Below are positions 57,314 through 64,000 of a stretch of 64,000 bases of DNA, piece by piece. Position 1 is the first letter of the stretch. The number at the start of each line of letters is the position of its first letter. The notes under the pieces were generated by a model. That model was not told the DNA's origin. It saw only the letters and a program-made list of their open reading frames with translations, and searched no databases. The position numbers and the translations under genes are program-made. Location: contig JAJZTA010000002.1 in NCBI GenBank assembly GCA_021849295.1, positions 51,989-115,988 of the forward strand. Reading direction: 5' to 3'. This DNA is from Pseudomonadota bacterium. GTDB taxonomy: Bacteria > Pseudomonadota > Alphaproteobacteria > Micavibrionales > UBA2020.

Positions 57314-58231
57314 TTATAGCGCGCCGCTGTAATGACGGCCTGCCGCGCTGGAATTGAGCGCGTCCTGCAGGAATTCCGCGATCGGGCCGACCGCCGCGTT
57401 GTCGTTCATGGCATAGGCGACATTGGCCTTGAGCAAGCCCATGCTGTTGCCGCAGTCGTAGCGCTTGCCTTCGAAGCGGAACCCGTGGAAAGGCTGCGCG
57501 CCTATCAGCTGCGCGAGTGAATCCGTGAGCTGGATCTCCCCGCCGGCGCCTTTGCCGGCGTTGGTGAGATGGCCGAAAATTTCCGGCTGCAAAATATAGC
57601 GGCCGATGATGGTGAGCGTCGAGGGCGCGGCGGCGGGCTCCGGCTTTTCCACCAGCCCCTTGACCGACACAAGCCGTCCGCCGTCGTGGGCAATGTCGAG
57701 CACTCCGTATTTGCAGGTTTCCGCGCGCGGCACGTTTTCGACGGCGACCAGATTTCCGCCCACCTCTTCATAAGCCCGGATCATTTGCGCGAGGCAGGGC
57801 TCGCCGATCACGACGTCGTCCGGCAAAATGACGGCGAAAGGCTCGTCGCCGATCGCTTCCCTCGCGCACCACACAGCGTGCCCGAGGCCGAGCGGCTCGT
57901 CCTGATAGACGACGGATATCCTGCCCTCGTCCGCGGTGCTGTCCTGCAGGCTCGCCAGTTCGGCGGTTTTGTGGCGCGCGGTCAGCGTCTGATAGAGGGC
58001 GCTGTGCGGCCGGAAGTGGCTTTCGATCAGCGATTTGTCCCTGCTGCTGACGAACACGAATTCCTCGATGCCCGCGGCGCGCGCCTCTTCGTAGGCGTGC
58101 TGGATGAGCGGCTTGCTGCCCAGTATCAGCATTTCCTTGGGCAACACCTTGGTCGCCGGCAGAAAACGCGTTCCCAATCCGGCGACCGGAAAGACGGCCT
58201 TTTTCACTTTCAACGGAACATGATAACCCAT
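57314..58231 (-). CDS. galU: UTP--glucose-1-phosphate uridylyltransferase
   Basis: KAVFPVAGLGTRFLPATKVLPKEMLIL, VEKP motif. ATG 58231 with a GGAGGG RBS is preferred over GTG 58258. Confidence 0.9.
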   Translation of the reverse strand: MGYHVPLKVKKAVFPVAGLGTRFLPATKVLPKEMLILGSKPLIQHAYEEARAAGIEEFVFVSSRDKSLIESHFRPHSALYQTLTARHKTAELASLQDSTADEGRISVVYQDEPLGLGHAVWCAREAIGDEPFAVILPDDVVIGEPCLAQMIRAYEEVGGNLVAVENVPRAETCKYGVLDIAHDGGRLVSVKGLVEKPEPAAAPSTLTIIGRYILQPEIFGHLTNAGKGAGGEIQLTDSLAQLIGAQPFHGFRFEGKRYDCGNSMGLLKANVAYAMNDNAAVGPIAEFLQDALNSSAAGRHYSGAL

Positions 58232-58363
58232 AGCGCCCTCCATCGGCTTGTCCTGCACACAAACGCTTGCAGAAAAGGAACGTTCCTTGCGCGGCAGCGT
58301 TTAGAAAGATGGACGCTCAGCCGTTCGGATGAGCGGCGCACCCCCGAAAGGAGACGCAAAAGG

Positions 58364-59230
58364 ATGAAAATCACCTACTTTAAAGGAAAAGAGCCGAACT
58401 TCGGCGACGAACTCAACCCGTGGCTCTGGCCGCGGCTCATCCCGAATTTCTTCAATGACGATGAAAAGACCGTCTTTATCGGCATCGGCTCCATCCTCGG
58501 GCAGAGGACTTTTCGGGATGACGTCAAAAAAGTCGTCTTCGGCGCCGGATTCGTGCCGGAATACCACCAAAGGCCGCGCGTCACGGGGCCAGACTGGGAC
58601 GTCTATTTCGTGCGCGGCCCGCGCACGGCGAAAATGCTCGACATCTCCAACGATCTGGGGCTGGGGGATCCGGCCATTCTCCTGCGCACGCTCGAAAAGC
58701 CGCAGCCGCGTGCCGCAGCCGATACCGTCTCTTTCATGCCGCACTGGGAAAGCATGCACCGCGGCAACTGGACGGAGGCCTGCCGGCTGGCGAACATCCG
58801 CCTCATCGACCCGCGCAACCCCGTGGAAAAGGTTTTGCGGGAACTGCGCAGCTCGAAAATGCTCATCGCCGAAGCCATGCACGGCGCCATCACCGCCGAC
58901 GCGCTGCGCGTTCCCTGGGTGCCGCTGCTGCCGCTCAACTGCGTGCACCGCGGCAAATGGCTGGACTGGGCCGACTCGCTGAAGATAACGCTGCGCTGGC
59001 GCCGTCTCTGGCCTTCCAGTCTTGCCGAAGCGCGGCTCTCCGTCCTGCGCAAGCCCATCACCGCATCGCCCTTCGCCGGCGCGCTGCAAAAAGGCCTGAC
59101 CTACGCCGCCGCGCAGAGGCTGTCGCGCCTTGCAAGCGCCTCGCCGCAGCTCAGCGCCGACCGCGAGATAAACCGCGTGACCGACGCCATGCTGGGCAAA
59201 GTCGCCTTATTGCAAAGAAATTTCCGCTAA
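58364..59230 (+). CDS. Polysaccharide pyruvyl transferase (ExoV-like)
   Basis: MKITYFKGKEPNFGDELNPWLWPRLIP... matches the N-terminal pattern of ExoV-type ketal-pyruvate transferases (from memory). Hidden in track ORF 57569..59230. Confidence 0.6.
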   Translation: MKITYFKGKEPNFGDELNPWLWPRLIPNFFNDDEKTVFIGIGSILGQRTFRDDVKKVVFGAGFVPEYHQRPRVTGPDWDVYFVRGPRTAKMLDISNDLGLGDPAILLRTLEKPQPRAAADTVSFMPHWESMHRGNWTEACRLANIRLIDPRNPVEKVLRELRSSKMLIAEAMHGAITADALRVPWVPLLPLNCVHRGKWLDWADSLKITLRWRRLWPSSLAEARLSVLRKPITASPFAGALQKGLTYAAAQRLSRLASASPQLSADREINRVTDAMLGKVALLQRNFR

Positions 59231-59242
59231 AACCTTAGCGCT

Positions 59243-60001
59243 TCAAAAGCTGAAAAGCGCCTTGTAGAGCGCGGGCGGAATGTGGGAACGGCATTTGTTC
59301 ATCACCACGCCGGCAACGCGGCCGCCGTGCATGTCGATCAGGCGCCGCAAATCCCTGATGACGGGGATTCTGGTGCGCCCCTCCTCGACGACGAGAACGC
59401 TCGCGTCCGCCAGACCGCTGAGGATCGTGGCGAGCGGGTTCGACAGGCCGGACTCCGAATAGACGACGATCAGATCAAAGACCGGCCGCAATTCGTCGAT
59501 GATTTTTATATGCGCGCGCCTGTCGGGGAAGAAGCTGTGACGCTCCTTGTATTCGTCGAAGGTCGCGAAGAACAGCGACGTTCCCTGCACGTTCACGAAC
59601 GGCGCGATGCTTTCAACCTCGTCTCCAGACTGGCTGTTGAGCGGCATAGGCACCTTGCCCCTGAGCTGCCTTATCACGCCGGAGGTGCTACCGTTTGTAT
59701 CGATGAACAGCACGCGCTTGCCCGTCCTTGCGCCCGCATAGGCCGTCTCGAAGGCGACCATGTCGGCGCCGGCGCCTTTGTGCGTACCCATAAAAAGCAC
59801 CGTGGGCGCGTCCGCCGTCTTCATGTTTTTCTCCACGGCATGAAGGAGGGAGACAAGTTTTGCCGGCGAAAGCGCATGGCTTATCGTTGCGGAGACGACC
59901 TGCCCCGGATGGGTTTCCGGCATCCTGAGCACGGGCGGTTCCTCCGCGCGCGGCGTTTCATAGACCTTTTCAGGTGATGTCATAGTTGCTACATTTTTCA
60001 T
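59243..60001 (-). CDS. ExoP C-terminal-like P-loop (BY-kinase-like) protein with degenerate Walker A
   Basis: VLFMGTHKGAGADMVAFETAYAGARTGKRVLFIDTNG has the MinD/BY-kinase fold pattern but no GK[ST]. Immediately downstream of the Wzz-like gene. Confidence 0.55.
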   Translation of the reverse strand: MKNVATMTSPEKVYETPRAEEPPVLRMPETHPGQVVSATISHALSPAKLVSLLHAVEKNMKTADAPTVLFMGTHKGAGADMVAFETAYAGARTGKRVLFIDTNGSTSGVIRQLRGKVPMPLNSQSGDEVESIAPFVNVQGTSLFFATFDEYKERHSFFPDRRAHIKIIDELRPVFDLIVVYSESGLSNPLATILSGLADASVLVVEEGRTRIPVIRDLRRLIDMHGGRVAGVVMNKCRSHIPPALYKALFSF

Positions 60002-60007
60002 GTGTTT

Positions 60008-61258
60008 TTACCTTCCAAAGCTTGCGAGGACCGGCAACCCCGTTGCCGCGAAGACCTGCTCGTTAAAAACGACCGTATCGTCCATAAGTTCCAAAAACAG
60101 CACGGTTCCGAGTCCGAGCAACGACGCCGTCATCAAAATCGCGAGCAGCAACAGCTTTTTGTGCCCGTTCACCGGCTTTAAAGGAACCACCGGCCTGTCG
60201 ATCACGGAGATGCGCGTGATGTTCTCCTGATTCAGGCGCTCGTTGACGCGCGCCTCGTCGTTGTGCAGCTGGTAGAACTTATAGTTCGCCGTGTCCAGGG
60301 CGACGCGCTGCTCCAGATCGTGATAGCGCTTGCGGTTCGCCTCGAGCAAGGCCAGCCGCTTGTTCACATTCGCGATCCGCGTGGCAAAGGCGCCGTCGCC
60401 GGCATTCTGCCCCTGCGCCTCGGCGCGCGCGGCGGCGAGGCTCTCGTCTATGCGCTGTATGACGGGGCTGTCGTCGCGATAGGTCGCTTCCATCGTAGCC
60501 CTGTCCTTTAAAAGCTTGGCAATCTCGGCCTGCGAATCGCCCATGTCCTGAAACGCGCGCACCGACAGATCCTTCTTCTCGGCCAAAAGCTGCGTCACTT
60601 CCTCATCAAGCAGCGTGATGCCTTTTTTCTGCTTGAAATCCCGCAAGGCCTGTTCGGACTGCTCCATTTTCTGGCGCATGACGTCGGCCTGCTGCTGCAG
60701 GAATGCCGTGTGCGGCGTGCCGAAGATGACGGACTGGCGCGCCGTGAAGATCTTCATGATGCGCGCCGCGACTTCTTGCGCGGTGACCGGATCGCGGTTG
60801 AAGACGCTGACACTGATGACGTCGCTGCGCGGATCGCTCACGACCTTGAGGCCGCTCGCGCGCAGCCGTGCGACCGCGGCGAGATCGGCCATTTGCGGTC
60901 CCTTCGTTCCCGCGCCGATGCCGGGATATATTTTTTCCGCACCCAGCGAGCGGACCACGGCCTTCAGCAAGCCGTCGCTCTCGAGCAGCGCGACGTTCGA
61001 CTGGAGCATCGCCTCGCGTCCGTCGCTGGAGAATGACATCGCCTGTCCGCTATCCGCGCTGCCGGTGGTCGGCAACGCGCCCTGGTCGAACCTGATGAGA
61101 AAAGTGCCTTTCGATTCGTACATCGCAGGCCTGTGCAGCAGATAAACGCCGCCGAAGAGAAACGCAAAGGAAAAGATCAGGAGAAAGATTTTCTTCTTCC
61201 TGAAGAACGCCGTTAGCAGTCCGCGTAAACCAAATTCAAAATACATTCGGTGCCTCAC
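60008..61258 (-). CDS. Polysaccharide chain-length determinant (Wzz/GumC/ExoP N-terminal-like)
   Basis: N-terminal TM (IFLLIFSFAFLFGGVYLL), long periplasmic coiled-coil, C-terminal TM (LLLLAILMTASLLGLGTVLFL). GTG at 61258 or ATG at 61246. Confidence 0.75.
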   Translation of the reverse strand: MRHRMYFEFGLRGLLTAFFRKKKIFLLIFSFAFLFGGVYLLHRPAMYESKGTFLIRFDQGALPTTGSADSGQAMSFSSDGREAMLQSNVALLESDGLLKAVVRSLGAEKIYPGIGAGTKGPQMADLAAVARLRASGLKVVSDPRSDVISVSVFNRDPVTAQEVAARIMKIFTARQSVIFGTPHTAFLQQQADVMRQKMEQSEQALRDFKQKKGITLLDEEVTQLLAEKKDLSVRAFQDMGDSQAEIAKLLKDRATMEATYRDDSPVIQRIDESLAAARAEAQGQNAGDGAFATRIANVNKRLALLEANRKRYHDLEQRVALDTANYKFYQLHNDEARVNERLNQENITRISVIDRPVVPLKPVNGHKKLLLLAILMTASLLGLGTVLFLELMDDTVVFNEQVFAATGLPVLASFGR

Positions 61259-61410
61259 TGTTTTGATGATTGAGCGATGGAAACGCTACAAACTTATCAA
61301 CGCATTATCAAATGAAATATTTTTTTATCTGCATGGAACCGCGCGGCGCGCACAGCGTTATATCCAGTCGAATACCCCGAAAAAATCATGCGAGAAGCGG
61401 CAGGCATTTC

Positions 61411-62157
61411 ATGAAAACCTTCATCTTTTATCTCGGCATCGCCTTGCTCTTTATATTCGTGGCGGCGGAGAGGAATGCGCCGCAGGCGCAACAACTGCCT
61501 TTTTTCTCGCCCTATCCGCATCTTGACCGCACGCGCTGGCATCCGTCCAGCGGCTGGGCCAACGGCGACTGGCAGTCCTGCGAATGGCGCGCGGACGATC
61601 TTTCGGGCGTGGACGGAAATTTGCAATTACGCCTTTCGGACAAGGGCGGGAAATTGCGGCGCTACGACTGCGCAGAAATCCACAGCGCCGCCCGCATGAA
61701 GTACGGACGCTACGCGGCCCGCCTGCGCGCGGCCGCCGGCAGCGGCCTGAACACCGCCTTCTTCACTTACATCGGCCCGCCCGTAGGCGTCCCGTCGCAC
61801 GAGGAGATCGATTTCGAATTCCTCGGCAAGAACACGCATGCCGTCGAGATCACCTATTGGAAGTACGGAAAGAAATACGACCACGTCGTCATTCCGCTCA
61901 AGTACGACGCTTCCGCCGCATTCCACAATTACGCCTTCGAATGGACGCCGACCGCCATCCGCTGGTACGTCGACGGCCGTCAGGTGCATGAAACGCCCGC
62001 CAAAGCTCCCATACCCGAAAAGGCCGCGCGCATTTATCTGAGCCTGTGGTCCGGCTCGGCCGTCGAGAATTCATGGATGGGTCCATTCGTCTATCAAAAG
62101 CCCGTGACGGCGGAAGTCGCATGGGTGAAGTACACGCCCCTCAAGGTGAAGCCATGA
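61411..62157 (+). CDS. Secreted GH16 endo-beta-glycanase (ExoK-like)
   Basis: Signal peptide MKTFIFYLGIALLFIFVAA. GH16 catalytic EIDFEF. FHNYAFEWTPTAIRWYVDG. Confidence 0.8.
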   Translation: MKTFIFYLGIALLFIFVAAERNAPQAQQLPFFSPYPHLDRTRWHPSSGWANGDWQSCEWRADDLSGVDGNLQLRLSDKGGKLRRYDCAEIHSAARMKYGRYAARLRAAAGSGLNTAFFTYIGPPVGVPSHEEIDFEFLGKNTHAVEITYWKYGKKYDHVVIPLKYDASAAFHNYAFEWTPTAIRWYVDGRQVHETPAKAPIPEKAARIYLSLWSGSAVENSWMGPFVYQKPVTAEVAWVKYTPLKVKP

Positions 62158-63308
62158 CAGGACGGAAAATCATTTATCTCGCGCACGATCTGGCCGATGC
62201 GGCCGTCCACAAGCGCGTCGCGATGCTGCGCGACGGCGGCGCCGACCTTGCCGTGGCGGGCTTTCGCCGCACGCCCGGGCCGGTGCGCGACGTCGCAGGA
62301 CTGGCGCCGGTCGATTTCGGCAGGACCTACGACGGCAGGTTCGCGCAGAGGATCATGGCGGTCCTGCGCCATATATTGCTTCCGCTCCACAATGCCGCGC
62401 TCGCGCAGGCGGACGTGATCATCGCCCGCAATCTTGAAATGCTGGCGATCGGCGCGCGCTATGCCGCCGCGCGGCCGCATCCGGTTCTCGTCTATGAAAG
62501 CCTCGACATTCACCGCCTGCTTCTAGGCAAATGCGTGGCGGGACGCCTGCTCAGGCGCATCGAAGCCTGGCTGACGACGAAGGCCGCTGCGCTTATCACC
62601 AGCTCCCCCGGTTTCATAGAGGCGTATTTCTCCCGCTACGCCACGCCGGTGCGGCTGCTTGAAAACAAGGTTTACGACCCGCAGGGAAAAATCGCTGCGA
62701 AAAAAGCATGGCCGCCCAGACCGGCGGGGCCGCCGTGGAAGATCGGCTGGTCCGGCGTCATCCGCTGCCGCAAAAGCCTGATGATCCTCGCCGATCTCGC
62801 CCGCCGCAGCAACGGCCGGATAGAGGTCGTGATCCGCGGGAAGCCCGCGCTGGATCAAATTCCGGATTTCCACGATGTCGTTTCACGCACGCCCGGCATG
62901 TCTTTTGGCGGTGCGTACAAATCACCGGACGACCTGCCCGCGATCTACCGCGACGTTCATTTTGTCTGGGCGGTGGATTTTTACGAGGAAGGCGGTAATT
63001 CGGCCTTGCTGCTGCCCAATCGGCTTTATGAAGGCGGGCTGTTCGACGCCGTGCCGATCGCCTTGAAAACCGTGTTCACCGGGCGTTTTCTCGAGCGGCT
63101 TCAAGTCGGCGTGACGCTGGCGGAGCCTTTGCGCGAATCTCTGCCGCGCTTTTTCGACACGCTCACGGCAGACGGCTATCGCGTGCTCGAAAAACGCGCC
63201 GCGCAAACGCCGCGCGCGCAGTGGCGGCATGACAAGCGGGATTGTCTCTCTCTTGTCGATTATCTGGCCTCCCTGCCGCGTCCGGTGAAGGAGCTTGCCT
63301 ATGCGTGA
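62154..63308 (+). CDS. Glycosyltransferase (ExoL-like position)
   Basis: ATGA overlap with the exoK-like stop. 384 aa starting MTGRKIIYLAHDLADAAVHKRV. GT-B-like two-lobe length. Family inferred mainly from the exoK-exoL-exoA gene order. Confidence 0.55.
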   Translation: MTGRKIIYLAHDLADAAVHKRVAMLRDGGADLAVAGFRRTPGPVRDVAGLAPVDFGRTYDGRFAQRIMAVLRHILLPLHNAALAQADVIIARNLEMLAIGARYAAARPHPVLVYESLDIHRLLLGKCVAGRLLRRIEAWLTTKAAALITSSPGFIEAYFSRYATPVRLLENKVYDPQGKIAAKKAWPPRPAGPPWKIGWSGVIRCRKSLMILADLARRSNGRIEVVIRGKPALDQIPDFHDVVSRTPGMSFGGAYKSPDDLPAIYRDVHFVWAVDFYEEGGNSALLLPNRLYEGGLFDAVPIALKTVFTGRFLERLQVGVTLAEPLRESLPRFFDTLTADGYRVLEKRAAQTPRAQWRHDKRDCLSLVDYLASLPRPVKELAYA

Positions 63309-64000
63309 ACCCGAACTCCTTGCCGTCATCCCCTGCCTGAACGAAGAGTGCCATCTCGAGCGCATCGTGCGCAACATCATCGGCAATGTTTCACTGCCGC
63401 CCTTTCTGCTGGTAATCGCCGACGGCGGCAGCTCCGACCAAACACCGCTTATCGCGCGAAAACTTGCGGCGGAGTTTCCCAACGTGCGCTACCTGCACAA
63501 TCCCAAGCGCCTGCAAAGCGCCGCCGTCAATCTGGCCGCAGCGACCTACGGTGGAAAGGCCCGCTGGATTCTGCGGCTGGACGCGCACGCGGATTATCCC
63601 GATGATTACGGCCGCACGCTGGTCAACGAGCAGAAATCCACCGGCGCGGCCGCCGTGGTCGTCGCGATGAACACCGTCGGGGAAACGGGCTTCCAGCGCG
63701 CCGCCGCCGCCGCGCAAAACTCCCTGCTCGGCAACGGCGGCGCCGCGCACCGGCGCGTGACGGGCGCGGGAAAATGGGTCGATCACGGGCATCACGCGCT
63801 CATCTGCCTCGACGCCTTCCGCGCCGTCGGCGGCTATGACGAAAATTTCTCCCACAACGAGGACGCGGAACTGGACATCCGTCTGCAACGCGCGGGATAT
63901 AAAATATGGCTGACCGGAAAAACCGCGCTCACCTATTATCCGCGCGCCAAACCGCACCTTCTCTTCCGCCAGTACTTTAACTTCGGGCAAGGGCGCGCGC
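63301..64000 (+). CDS. Family-2 glycosyltransferase (ExoA-like), 5' part (runs off window end)
   Basis: Not in the ORF track because it is open-ended. My translation gives MREPELLAVIPCLNEECHLERIV..VIADGGSSDQT..RLDAHADYP..NEDAELDIRLQRAGYKIW. Overlaps the previous stop by 8 nt. Confidence 0.8.
   Translation, partial: MREPELLAVIPCLNEECHLERIVRNIIGNVSLPPFLLVIADGGSSDQTPLIARKLAAEFPNVRYLHNPKRLQSAAVNLAAATYGGKARWILRLDAHADYPDDYGRTLVNEQKSTGAAAVVVAMNTVGETGFQRAAAAAQNSLLGNGGAAHRRVTGAGKWVDHGHHALICLDAFRAVGGYDENFSHNEDAELDIRLQRAGYKIWLTGKTALTYYPRAKPHLLFRQYFNFGQGRA

Overview
High-GC (about 60-65% by eye) alphaproteobacterial chromosome segment. No transposase, integrase, CRISPR array or rRNA was seen.

**Left ~34 kb: conserved housekeeping backbone, almost all on the minus strand.**
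- dnaE (5' part), lolD, lolC/E, proS
- two small envelope proteins, RNase J, birA
- the complete 14-gene nuoA-N operon
- tRNA-Asp, two tRNA-Val, hup, lon, clpP, a second atypical clpP paralog, tig, tRNA-Leu
- clpX is absent from its usual slot between clpP and lon.

**Accessory islet (4.8 kb, between tRNA-Asp and the tRNA-Val pair).** This is my best candidate for an undescribed system.
- Its core is two tandem, exactly equal-length (463 aa) paralogs. Each has a hydrophobic N-terminus, an unassignable middle domain and a divergent Nudix-box C-terminal domain.
- It also carries an ankyrin-repeat protein, a small Lys-rich HExxH protein and a Pro/Ala-rich lipoprotein.

**Right ~30 kb: accessory and envelope functions.**
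- REC plus PAS histidine kinase pair, a 2-hydroxyacid dehydrogenase
- PHA genes (phaB, chaB, phaC)
- a dormancy/stress-like module: erythromycin-esterase-like, CBS pair, PRTase, Hsp20, host-attachment family
- an XRE regulator with a perfect inverted repeat upstream
- an ECF sigma factor followed by a TolC / LssB-type ABC / HlyD type I secretion operon
- a truncated algD-like gene plus PMM/PGM
- a 1441-aa T1SS substrate: degenerate PL7-like domain, GH16 domain, 8 tandem ~95-aa repeats
- a succinoglycan-like exo cluster: galU, exoV-like, split exoP-like, exoK-, exoL- and exoA-like

**Other points.** A 58-nt structured palindromic repeat occurs twice inside the nuo operon. Most long opposite-strand ORFs in the supplied track are GC-driven shadows.
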